The notes beneath the pieces are model-generated. The model saw only the letters and a program-made list of their open reading frames with translations, was not told the origin of the DNA and did no database searches. The position numbers were made by a program, and so were the translations under genes. Shown here piece after piece: positions 1 through 53,932 of a stretch of DNA of 64,000 bases. Source of the stretch: Octopus vulgaris (lineage: Eukaryota); assembly GCA_951406725.2 (NCBI GenBank), contig OX597817.1, positions 8,990,001 to 9,054,000 on the forward strand, given 5' to 3'. Each line of letters opens with the position of its first letter. Within the stretch, counting starts at the first letter, position 1.

Positions 1-126
1 ATTTTTTGTACTTTTTGTGCTCTAGTTTTATGTTTAATAATATATTTTTTTCTTTATGGTTTGGTTTTTGTCTTTCATTGTTTGAATTACATAATAGAGG
101 TTTTTCTTTAATTTATATATATATTC

Positions 127-237
<111 letters not shown>

Positions 238-247
238 GATAAAACTT

Positions 248-928
248 GTTTAGGCGACGCTCTTATACTGTATATACTGTATGGAAGTGAGACCTGGACG
301 CTATACACACGCCAAGAGCGTCGCCTAAACATCTTTCATCTGCGCTGCCTCCGAAAAATCCTCCGCATCAAATGGCATAATCATATCCCCAACAAAGATG
401 TCCTCAGGCAAGCAGGAATACCAAGCATGTTTGCACTCCTCACACAAAGACGTATGAGATGGCTTGGGCATGTTAGCCGTATGAAAGATGGTAGAATCCC
501 CAAGGACATACTCTACGGAGAGCTTGCTAGGGGTACTAGGTCTGTGGGTAGACCGATCTTACGTTACAAGGATGTTTGCAAAAGGGACATGAAGGCCTGC
601 AACATCAATATTAGCAGTTGGGAGGCAGTTGCCGGCAACCGTGGAGACTGGCGACGTACCGTAAAAGAGGGAATACAAAGGAGTGACAGAGAGAGAGAGG
701 AGAAATGGAAAGACAAGAAGAGACATAAACAAGAAACTATGGCACTACAAACCGGCCAGGAACAGTCTTCGCTACATTTGCGGTACCTGCCAGAGGGAGT
801 GTTTGTCCAGGATAGGACTACACAGCCACAGCAGGAAATGTATCAGGACATGAAATATAAAAGCCGGACTAGACTACTTCATGCGCAACTCCATTGTCTC
901 CCGAGACAGAAAGGATGCCAACAACAAC
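248..928 (+). mobile_element. 5'-truncated RTE-clade LINE (ORF2 C-terminus and (CAA)n tail)
   Basis: LYGSETWTL, LRCLRKIL, RWLGHVSRM and RIPKDILYGEL motifs; 12-bp TSD AAGATAAAACTT at 236-247 and 929-940. Confidence 0.92.
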
Positions 929-940
929 AAGATAAAACTT

Positions 941-1300
941 ACTCAGAAATGGATGCGTGCGTTCCGTCATATAATAACAAATTAATAAATAAAACATATG
1001 CATATATACGTACATATATGTACGTACCTACATCTATGTGTATATATACATGCATATATGGGTACAGGACACCAAAAAAACTGTCGACACAATGAGAAAC
1101 GAAAACATAAACACAAAACCAAGGAAAAAATAGAGTACAAGACATACAACACAAGGAAAATTCCCCTTCTTCAGCCGCCTCTGTTTCATCTACTCCGCGT
1201 TTCGAAGGTAAAGGCAAGGCACGACTTCATTGAAATAGTTCTTCCCGCAAAAGCAGATTAAAGAAAATTTGCGATTTTTTTTGCGGAGGGGTAAAAATAG
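941..1300 (-). mobile_element. Interspersed repeat, probably a Penelope-like terminal remnant
   Basis: Reverse-complement homologue at about 40850-41160 (shared GAAAC.CGGAGTAG...CTGAAGAAGGGGAA segment). Confidence 0.55.
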
Positions 1301-1309
1301 TAACATACA

Positions 1310-1342
<33 letters not shown>

Positions 1343-1729
1343 TTCCAATACTGAAACACGTGTAGTTCCTTCATAATGATAGTTTTAACTTACGTTGGAG
1401 ATAATTAAGGAAGTATATTTTATTCCCTGCTGGTGTACTGGTTTTATCCTTAAAATATTATTTCTTGATGTGCATATAGATATTAGAAGTTTACCTTAAG
1501 ATTTACTCGTTATGTTATTTTTTGAATTACGTGAAATAGAATACCCACACATCTATTAATTCCAACAACTGAATTACCACTAATTTCTATTATGTATTTT
1601 GAGCATTTCTCGATAAATACATATAAATGTATTATAATTAAGACCACTGCACGATATGCAGATGCATGTAATGCTAAAGGGTTGTACCTGATTGATTTGG
1701 AAATTCCTTTTCCTACATTATTCAAATAC

Positions 1730-1773
<44 letters not shown>

Positions 1774-1910
1774 TACACACACACACACACACACATACAT
1801 ATATATATATAAAGTTAATCCAGACAAGAAAGCACAAAAAAACACAACAACGCGAGGACATGGAATAAATATAGTATTATTGGACGCTCAGGAAAGAAGG
1901 AAAGAAGGAG

Positions 1911-1947
1911 GGTTTAACGTTTCGAGCGAAGCTCTTCGTCGGAAACA
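1911..1947 (-). ncRNA. Minimal type I hammerhead-ribozyme motif (U4C variant), Penelope-type
   Basis: Minus strand reads gttt-CCGACGA-A-GAGC ttc GCTC-GAAA-CG-TT-aaac. Confidence 0.5.
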
Positions 1948-2029
1948 TAGGAGAAGGAAAGATCCAGAGAAGGGAAGACAGAGGAAAAAAAAATAGCCAA
2001 CGGTACACACACACATACATTTATATATA

Positions 2030-2070
<41 letters not shown>

Positions 2071-2528
2071 ACATATATATACCTGTACATATATATATAC
2101 ATATACATACATATATATATACATACATATGTATTCCAGCGTTCACCGTTTCACCTCGTTATGGCTTAACAGCCCTTAACCTTTGTTTCTACTGTTTTGT
2201 TCTTAGTGTGCTGTTTTTGTTACCAACTTTAACACTCCGCAAATAACGAATTTTATTTAATTTGCTTTGCGGAAACGATTGTTTTAACGAAGACGCGTTC
2301 GAAACGCGGAGTAGATAAAACAGGGGATAACTGATGACGGGATTTTCTTAATCTTGCCTGTCTCGTTTCTCTCTTTGTTTCTTTTGCTGTTCGAAAAGAA
2401 TTTCGTTTTCCATGTTTTTGCTTTTCCTGCTCTCGTTTTTCATGTTGTTCACGTTTTTTGACGTCCATCCTAAATTTTCCCATTCTTACAGGAGATAAAA
2501 CAATGAACAAAAAGGCTCACTCAAAATT

Positions 2529-2531
<3 letters not shown>

Positions 2532-2565
<34 letters not shown>

Positions 2566-3040
2566 GTATGTATATATACACATGCATACATACATACACA
2601 CACACCATATATATATATATATACGTATGTATATATACACATGCATACATACAAATATATATATATATATGCATACATATATATATACATATATATATAT
2701 AAATATATATATATAGCTACATATATATACAAATATATATATATATACATACATACATATATATACAAATATATATATATACATACATATATATACATAT
2801 ATATACACATATATATGCATATATATATATATATACATACATATGCATATATATATACATACATACATACATACATACATGCATGCATATATATATATAC
2901 ATACAAATATATACATATATATACATGCATAGATATACATACATATATGCATATATATACATATATATCTATACACATATATATACATAAATATTTATAT
3001 ACACATTTATATATATATACACACATACATATATATATAT

Positions 3041-3080
<40 letters not shown>

Positions 3081-3106
3081 ACATATATATACATACATAC
3101 ATACAT
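2532..3106. repeat. Compound (TA)n/(CATA)n microsatellite
   Basis: About 570 bp of low-complexity repeat; source of spurious YIYI ORFs. Confidence 0.95.
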
Positions 3107-3695
3107 GCGCAAACATGTGCGTATTTGTGTAATAATACTAATATATTTCTATGTATATATCAAATATATTAGTATATTTTCATGTAAGAGGCATTGAACT
3201 TTCAAATGCCCACAATGCACCCCCATACACCCCCCCCCCCCCCCTTACAGATCTGCATGCACACACAAGAAAGGGAAACGGGAGCGAGAGAGATAGAGAG
3301 AGGATGGGAAATATGCGAGGAATGCGGGTAGAAAATATAATTATTGCAAGCATGAAAATAGACTGTCCACTATTTTAATGTACGAAATTGTTGAAGTTTC
3401 TCCTGTAAGTAGCGTCTGTGACCAACTCCGAATATTACTGACATTTTCATGCTGACCTTTAAGATGTCAAAAAAAATAAGGTCAGCTTCTATTTCGAATC
3501 TTCCTGTTATTTCGGCAGCGAAGAAACCCACAACATAAAGCAGAATCGGTGGAGTCACGACACAACAATATATATTCGTTAGTTAAATACAGACACACAC
3601 ACAGGCTGTTATTTTATGAAGTTTCGTTTAAAAATAGTGCAAATTCAATAACTGCGTCATGCACATATCCATATATATATATGCATATATATATA

Positions 3696-3739
<44 letters not shown>

Positions 3740-3946
3740 TAAAAAGAATTCCAACCTTGTCTGATTTTCACGTTTTATTTACAATCTTATAATGATATAT
3801 TATAAGATAATATATTATAATTGAATAAAATAAAATGAAATAGTAGAATGTTAAATATTCATTCTGATTGAACTAGTACTTTCATGCATTGAATTCTGCA
3901 ATCTTCGGGTTCATGTAGTAGTGTTGACAGTCATGCTTCACAATTT

Positions 3947-4087
3947 TTGACTGCAAATATAGACCACCACATCATGAAAAAGATCAACAACCTGATTTCA
4001 ACACACCACAACTCACTTACGGATAATGAAAAAGACTACATCACCAATTTTGAACCAAAACCCAGCAACTTCTACGGCTTACTTCCT

Positions 4088-4088
<1 letters not shown>
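3947..4088 (+). mobile_element. Penelope-like element reverse-transcriptase fragment
   Basis: LTDNEKDYITNFEPKPSNFYGL matches the segment leading into the PLE FYGLPKIHK motif; truncated by (TA)n. Confidence 0.7.
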
Positions 4089-4133
<45 letters not shown>

Positions 4134-5108
4134 TAGATAAACTTAGATATGTTTCGACCAAAGATTGGTCTAGGCCATGTCTAACTTAATAGCACCACCT
4201 GATAGGATTATTCGAATCCTGTTTTAGTCAAGTTTTGTTTATGGTCCATTCAAGAAGTGAGTTTTTGTTGGGTGAGTTGTATCCAATTATGGGTGGCTTA
4301 TCTGGTATTCTTTGAAGGAATCTATCCATGGTATCATAAGTTCAATAAAAATTTAGATTCAGTTGAATATGGTACTTAATTTAAAGGCACCAGAATTTAG
4401 TATGGTATTATCCATATAATTCAAAATGTGGTGATTATAATCAAATAAGCAACAAGAATATCCTTGTTGCTTATTTGATGATATATATATATATATATAT
4501 ATATATATTCGTGTAGTTAAAATGTGCACTTCATAATCATATTATTCTGAGTTCGATCCTTCTTTGCATAGTACCAACATGTACAATTTATGGTGTTTGC
4601 CATGTGTACCACACATACGTGCATACGTGCGCGCGCATGTTTGTGGATAAATTTACTGGCGCTCGTTTAACCCCTTAATATATTATCCCATATATTTTAG
4701 TTCAGAGATGTCTAGTAAATATATATTTGAGCGAAAATATACGTTCGCTGCACTCTGAGATATTTGTCACTTATTTCTAAGCAGAAATATCTCGTTCATG
4801 ATGTTATTCCCGTTTTCTATCAATAACCATCAGTAACTATCAATTCTATCAGTAACTTCCTAATAAATCATAACGAATACAAAATAATTTGTTTACTTAT
4901 TCTTCCTTATATACAGATTCAAGATAAATAATAAAAAATATATTTTTCGCATGGAAATTGAGAAAATGTGTTTGTTAAGAGGTTAATAAACTTAGATACG
5001 AATGGACCCCGTGACAAGATCTGTTTCTCTTTCTCACATTCTCTTTCACCAAAACCTTGCACACTCATACACACGCTCACACTGGAGAATGGAGTTAACA
5101 ACAACTGG

Positions 5109-5228
5109 AGTGGAGGCGCAATGGCCCAGTGGTTAGGGCAGCGGACTCGCGGTCGTAAGAACGCGGTTTCGATTCCCAGACTGGGCATTGTGAGTGTTTA
5201 TTGAGCAAAACACCTAAGCTGCACGAGG
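5109..5228 (+). mobile_element. tRNA-derived SINE family C, head fragment
   Basis: Nearly identical to the 5' part of 7729-8105; A-box and B-box like. Confidence 0.8.
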
Positions 5229-5468
5229 TTAGGTGTTTTGTGGGTATCAAAGAAATAGTTATTTCGTCTGTTTTTACTTTCTGAGTTCAAATTCCGCAGA
5301 GGTTGACTCAGTTTTTCATCCTTTCGGGGTCGATAATTTAGTACCAGTTGCGTACTGGATCGATCTAATCGATTGCCCCCTCCCCAAAACATTTTGGGCC
5401 TTGTATCTAGATTAGAAAAGAATATATATTTTTAACCATTTTTTTTTTCAATACGATGTAAGTCCTAG

Positions 5469-5660
5469 GGCGGCGAGTTGGCAGAATCGTTAGGCAAAAT
5501 GCTTAGCAGCATTTCATCTGTCTTATCGTTCTGAGTTCAAATGCCGCCGAAGCCAACTTTGCCTTTCATCTTTTCGGAGTCGATAAAATAAATGCCAATT
5601 GAGCACTGGGGTGGATGTAATCAACTTACCCCTCCCCTGGAATTGCTGGTTTTGTGTCCT
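5469..5660 (+). mobile_element. tRNA-derived SINE family B, diverged copy
   Basis: GGCGGCGAG.TGGCAGAA head and GCCTTTCATC..TTCGG.GTCGAT body, as in the other family B copies. Confidence 0.8.
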
Positions 5661-6001
5661 AAAATCGCAATCTTCGGAAAGAACATCTTTGAAAACTATA
5701 TCCGCTTCTTCGGGGAATGATCTCCCTTTGCAGGCTAGAAGACGCCGTGATGGCGTCAGCCCTCCTGGTGACGTTGATGATCGCCTGGGCCTAAATGCCA
5801 GTAACACCCCCACCGCCCTGCCCTGTCCCTAGCCACATTCAGATGGCTAACGTCCCTTATGTTATGGAGCAGTTACTGTTTATATCTCGTTTAGAGAATT
5901 ATTATTGCTGTCGAACGGATTTTCTACATCAGTAAATGTATTTACTGTGAAAATCTTTATATATATCCTGCACAGAGAGTCGTTCGTCGAGTAGCGGTGC
6001 C

Positions 6002-6054
6002 TGCCATACGTTGATAATAGGCAAATACCTTGAAACCTAGGTCCGTATGTGGCA
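6002..6054 (+). ncRNA. Type I hammerhead ribozyme candidate, copy 1
   Basis: tgccatacg-TTGATAA-t-agg caaata cct-t-GAAA-cctagg-TC^cgtatgtggca; stems I, II and a palindromic III are all present. Confidence 0.7.
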
Positions 6055-6357
6055 TCCGCTTCTTCGGGGAATGATCTCCCTTTGCAGGCTAGAGGACGCC
6101 GTGATGGCGTCAGCCCTCCTGGTGACGTTGATGATCGCCTGGGGCTAAATGCCAGTAACACCCCCACCGCTCTGCCCTGTCCCTAGCCACATTCAGATGG
6201 CTAACGTCCCTTATGTTATGGAGCAGTTACTGTCTATATCTCGTTTAGAGATTTATCATTGCTGTCGAGCGGATTTTCTACATCAGTAAATGTATTTACT
6301 GTGAAAATCTTTATATATATATCCTGCACAGAGAGTCGTTCGTCGAGGAGCGGTGCC

Positions 6358-6410
6358 TGCCATACGTTGATAATAGGCAAATACCTTGAAACCTAGGTTC
6401 GTATGTGGCA
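6358..6410 (+). ncRNA. Type I hammerhead ribozyme candidate, copy 2
   Basis: Same motif with a GUU cleavage triplet at 6397-6399. Confidence 0.65.
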
Positions 6411-6843
6411 TCCGCTTCTTCGGGGAATGATCTCCCTTTGCAGGTTAGAGGACGCCGTGATGGCGTCAGCCCTCCTGGTGACGTTGATGATCGCCTGGGG
6501 CTAAATGCCAGTAACACCCCCACCGCCCTGCCCTGTCCCTAGCCACATTCAGATGGCTAACGTCCCTTATGTTATGGAGCAGTTACTGTCTATATCTCGT
6601 TTAGAGAATTATTATATATTCATTTTTTATACACTTATCACCTCTTCTATTCTGTGAGTTATCTATTTTTTATCGTTAAATCAAGTAGTAAAGCAATTTT
6701 AATTAAGGAGTGAAATCAAAGACAAACTATTTCTAAAATTATTCTACTTTGTATACTTGATCTTTATTTTTACGGCATTGAAGAAAATGCATATAACTGG
6801 ACTTGAAGCCACAGTTCCAGTAAATGAAGTACTGCAACTACTA

Positions 6844-7168
6844 CAATGCTTCCCAAATTTTTTCGGGCTGCTGCCCCTTTGGCACTCGAGCCACATTCCT
6901 AGCGCTCCCCCCACCACCACCACCACCACAAATGTACACCATTTTCTGCAGCAAATTCAAAGCAACAGTGTTTCACAAATAAGACTTAACCTAATTAACC
7001 CATTATTTATGGGGAAGAGGGGTTACATCCATCGCCATTTTTTGGCCACCCAATTATTACCCCACTTTCCTTGGTCCTTCCGTCGCCCATAGAGGGGCAG
7101 TACCGTCCACTTTGTGAACCACTGACCGTCGACTTTGGAAACCACTGAGCGTCCACTTTGGGAACACT
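6844..7168. mobile_element. Diverged hAT-type MITE with a triplicated right end
   Basis: CAATGCTTCCCAAA left end; TTTG(T/G)(G/A)AACCACTG-like right end repeated, ending at about 7124, 7147 and 7168. Confidence 0.6.
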
Positions 7169-7728
7169 AAGCTGTAAAAATTAAAGATAGAAAGAGAGAA
7201 AGAGAGAGAGCGCGAGATGATTGGGAGAAGGGGAGAGATTAAATGTTTGTCTTATGAATAACAAAAACAGTAATAAGAGATTATGTATTCGTTCCATAGT
7301 TAAGGCGTTACATATGTAAACCGGGGCAAAATATAGATGAAATAATACAATTTGGGGATGATTTTTTTTTATGAATACAATGTTATTTCACAATATGAGT
7401 GACGCAGAATGCGGGACTCGAAGACACATACTTCTCATTAAATGATTTGATATGCAAGAAGTGTTTAATGTTTTATTAATTGTTTCAATTACGAAAGATT
7501 TTGATTGTCAATGAAATGGTAAAGATACAGTCAAACAATAACGTTTCAAGAACTTCGAAGTTACTTTTGGAGAATTGGGTTTAGAGTGTGTAGAGAATTG
7601 TATAGATTTCGGAGATATTTTAAATGTGAATAGATGTGGAAAGGCTGTGCTTTTATTTATTCAGTTATACTGTATCACAAAGACGTATCGTTGACAGAAT
7701 TTGCTCAACAATGTTGTAGTATGAGCGT

Positions 7729-8105
7729 AGTGGAGGCGCAATGGCCCAGTGGTTAGGGCAGCGGACTCACGGTCATAGGATCGCGGTTTCGATTCCCAAA
7801 CCGGGCGTTGTGAGTGTTTATTGAGCGAAAACACCTAAAGTTCCACGTGCTCCGGCAGGGGATGGTGGTGATCCCTGCTGTACTCTTTCACCACAACTTT
7901 CTCTCACTTCCTATTTCTGATGTACCTGTATTTCAAAGGGCCGGCCTTGTCACTCTCTGTGTCACGCTGAATATCCCCGAGAACTACGTTAAGGGTACAC
8001 GTCTGAGGAGTGCTCAGCCACTTATACGTTAATTTCACGAGCAGGCTGTTCCGTTGATTCGGATCAACCGAAGCCCTCGTCGTCGTAACCGACGGAGTGC
8101 TTCCC
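7729..8105 (+). mobile_element. tRNA-derived SINE family C, full length
   Basis: tRNA-like head (TGGCCCAGTGG...GGTTTCGATTCC); 11-bp TSD AGTATGAGCGT at 7718-7728 and 8106-8116. Confidence 0.9.
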
Positions 8106-9214
8106 AGTATGAGCGTCTAAGTAACGGCTTCGAAACTTCTCGTTAATCATGCAGCGCCCTAGTTATTCACAAAGATATCTATTCAAAGATTGGCAAACTG
8201 AATCAGTGAGAAATAAACATCTTATCTTTAGTTGAATACTGTACCAGAGTCGAGATGAAAACTTGAGAACTCTTCAGCCTGTTAATGCTTACTAAGAGCT
8301 TGTAAGATTCAGAAAACTTCAGCTGAAAACTGAGAAAGAAATTATCAGTCAGATGATTGATGAATTCATTTCCTTATACACTGGTTCAGATTACTGGGAT
8401 ATGGCCATACTGGAACACCATGTATATAATTATTTCATTAAACCAAAGTGTAGATTAGACGTTTAGTTAGCTGGATTGTTCTGAAGAAAGACCAGGTACA
8501 GGAGAAGCAGGCAAAAATATAATCACGTGTGGAAAAGAATAGCCGAGGAGACATTAGACAATCCCTATGTATTACATACCAGGACACTATCAGTATAGCA
8601 TTATGTTTGCACCTACGTTTGTACCTATGAAGCAGGCATACACGGCATGGCTAAGAAGCTCGCTTTGCAATTTCGTGGTTCTTGGTTAGATCGCACCACG
8701 CGACATCTTTAAAAAAATATCTTCTCTAATACCATCGGATAGATCCAAGACTTATGAGAACGAAACTATGGAATTGGACGGTAAACTTAATCCATTGCCT
8801 ATTTTAATATCACCACCTGATCCTAAGGTGCTTTTAGTGAACGGTAAGCAACCATGCAAGGTCTCACCTGAAGAAAATAAGATTATCTTAATTATTTCAA
8901 AGAAAGAGAATGAGATTCCAATGACGTTAGAGGAAGCGTCTCTTGATATTCTCATTAACTACCGAGTAATTGTGGTGAAACAGGTCTTTTTTTTTATTAT
9001 TTATTTTTACATATAATTATAAGTCTGCCTGATTTTACCTCTTTGGTGATAACATTATTATGGACTGAGTTGGCACCTACAACAGAAATACACCAGACAT
9101 GGCGTTTTTCTTTCATCCCGTTCTCCATTATTCACGAAAGCTCTGTAAAAGTGAGAGGTACTGATTTCCTTTCTCTTGTTAAGCCATAGAAAATTATGAT
9201 GTCTACATCAGTGA

Positions 9215-9407
9215 AAGGTATCGAGAAAAGGCGGGTTGGAGGTCCGACATTCCCAATTCTTTTACAGAGCTTAGAAAAACTGAAGGAACGCTGCAATAAG
9301 TGTGCGAATCTGAGAGGGAAATACGTTAATTATAATTTTATTCAACTGATCCTCCTGTATTTTGTTTTACCCAAAGCCAGGAATTTTTCAGCCCTCCACC
9401 CCCTCGT
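9215..9407 (+). mobile_element. Mariner-derived MITE fragment
   Basis: Encodes LEKLKERCNKCANLRGKYV (mariner transposase C-terminus) followed by a TIR-like end; same family as 35430-35570 and 58288-58510. Confidence 0.7.
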
Positions 9408-10360
9408 ATGTAATGTATGTATATAGAATTAAAAATGCCATATCTAATATGTTACTGAATATCAATTTATTCAGCCGTTAAGAACTTGGAATGTGGAAAA
9501 AATGGCACCATATTGTTTAGCATAATGTCTGACGCAATACTGTTCCCTTTCAACAAACGCAGTTATGAAATGTCCGGCCTTGAATGCTTACTTTGTCTTT
9601 GTCTTTGAAATAAATAGAAAAATTTAGTTTTTCTTTGCTAATGTGTCATGTTTAATCAATTAATTGACGCTGTTTGGCCCCAGTTTGATCGGTTCAGATC
9701 GAGGTGACCAGTGATAAACGACGTTGTTGTTATTGTTTAATTATAGGTCAGTTCCGCTCAACCAGGTCTATTATCAAAGACGTTCGAGCCATGAGCATTC
9801 CATTTATTTTTTTGTTGGTATATCTAAGATTACATTAACTAACGTATCTTTTTTTTTTTTCCAAGACGGTTGCTGTGATTTGAAGGAGAGACGACTGTTA
9901 TATTTAGCGAGTAAACGACCATTGTGGTTCGCTATCAAACACCCAAGCAGGATTAACTCCTTTTAAGAGAACTAAAGCCATGTGGTCTCTCACAATCTAA
10001 ATAATTCTAAACAAAGGGAAGATACCAACACACAACTGACAACCCCCTAAAAGATTATCAACATTCGTCAATAACTTCTGGTGCCTGTAGCGGCTCTTTT
10101 TAAACCAATCACCGAACCTTCTCACAGTTGAGAGGACATGTCTAGACAGACTTGTCATCTGGTGTATAATTAACCAATTAACAAACGAACGTTTAAATAG
10201 TTCAATGTGGTCGAACATTTTGGATAGTAAACGATTTTGGTGAATTATCCAAGAAAAACAATAACAAAAAAAGTGAAATTCCGATTATGGTTTGTAGATC
10301 ATGTGGGCAGAGGACGTAATTTGCGTTAGCCGATTGGTTGGCTACGGAAGACTGGTGATG

Positions 10361-52358
<41,998 letters not shown>

Positions 52359-52638
52359 GCTGACTGTAGACACTGCTTGCTTTCACTGCGTCTAAAGCAA
52401 ATGGAAATTAAAAGAGGAAAAACTTCTGTGGTTTTATACTCAAAACAAATTGTTCATACATATATGCCTCATATTACATTCATTGATCATACACGAGAGA
52501 GAGAGTGTGTTGCTGCTTCACATGAATTATCTAGACAAAATCTAAATGAAAAAAGAAAGACTCTTTCAGCTGGTTAAAAATACAGAGACTCTTCACCAAT
52601 ATGCACACCAACGTTCATTGTCTTCTGTCTATACCCCT

Positions 52639-52868
52639 ATTTCTTTACTGCCCACAAGGGGCTACACACAGAGAGGACAAACAGGGACACACAAACGGAT
52701 TAAGTCGATTATATCGACCCCAGTGCGTAACTGGTTCTTATTTAATCGACCCCGAAAGGATGAAAGGCAAAGTTGACCTCGGCGGAATTTGAACTCAGAA
52801 CGTAGCGGCAGACGAAATACTGCTAAGCATTTCGCCCGGCGTGCTAACCACTCTGCCAGCTCGCCGCC
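52639..52868 (-). mobile_element. SINE family B, full length
   Basis: Reverse complement of 43067-43297. Confidence 0.9.
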
Positions 52869-53417
52869 TTTTTCTGTCTGTTCCTTCTAACACAATCACA
52901 GCGACTTCTGCTTTTCTTTCTGAAATAGCAAACTGTAAAACAACTTTGTTATAAACCATCCGATGTACTCGTCCTTCGTACTCTCAATCCTGGGATGTTT
53001 TTTCCAAAAACACTGAACTACAACCCTTTGTACTTCTCTTTACTTCGTGTTTTCCTGAAGAGTAACAATCTGCCGAGGTTCAAGCTAAAAACCACGTAGA
53101 TCCAACAAGTCACTACAGAAGGTTTATTGTACTCATCTGCCTCCTCACACTAAAATATAAATCAAAGTTTATAATATTTCTGTGTTTGAAAAAGTTATTA
53201 ACACTGGACTTCGATTTAGTTTTTACAAGAGTAATCATCTTGCATTAGAAATTAGCTAAAACAAGATGATTAGAGCTCGAACCAGGTTTAGCGATATTTC
53301 TGTGTTGTTCTTACAAATCAACAGCAATGATAAGAATAATTTATAAAATACTCGGTCATCAGCGAGGCTACTATTTTAGTTTAATGTTATAATTACTGGC
53401 ATGATTTTTATTTATTA

Positions 53418-53932
53418 CTAGCAGTATCGCCCGGCGTTGCTCGGGTTTGTAAGGGAAATAACTATATAAGCATTTTTAGAGAGTTACTTCCCTTATAGAT
53501 GCCAATTCGGGCTTTCTTAGCCATTTCTGTTTTGGTGTCTTCAAGCCATGAAGTCGTTGTTCTAAAAGAACGCTGGTCTCATTGACAACGCATTTACGAC
53601 GTTGATTTCCTTACACTCCCTTCCCCACAGCTTCACGAGGGAGGGAAGAAGGGGGAAGAAGCAAACACAGGTGCAGGTGTTTGAGCATGGACGCCAACTC
53701 CGCCGCCATCGACACACGAAAAATTATGCATTAAAATGGAATAAAAAATTATGTTAAATTATTTTTAAAATCGTAGACTCATCGTAGACGCGCGCTAATA
53801 CTCAGACGGGCTCGATGTGAATCACGACTATAAGATACCCGAATTTGGTTAAACTGCACCGCAAAATGTGGGAGTAGTTAGGAATCTAAATCATAGGAGA
53901 CAGACACACAACTTGACTTTTATATACAAAGA
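53418..53932 (-). mobile_element. Non-autonomous Helitron, long variant
   Basis: Same ends plus an extra internal segment of about 220 bp. Confidence 0.87.

Larger units (their letters stand above)
5700..6614 (+). repeat. Tandem repeat, about 2.6 units of 354-356 bp, with hammerhead ribozymes (retrozyme-like)
   Basis: Units start at 5700, 6054 and 6410 (ATCCGCTTCTTCGGGG) and are nearly identical. Confidence 0.9.

Noticed and set aside
2458-3132. YIYI-rich ORFs
   Set aside because: Microsatellite translation.
3370-3558. 62-aa minus-strand ORF that reads like protein
   Set aside because: No recognisable motif, no ATG start and no convincing splice sites.
5523-6523. Repeated ORFs MGVLLAF.PRRSSTSPGG
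   Set aside because: They start at a non-ATG codon, differ in length between units and resemble no known protein; the repeat is better explained as a structured RNA element.
7729-7805. tRNA gene
   Set aside because: It is the tRNA-derived head of a SINE; it continues into the SINE body and is bounded by a TSD.
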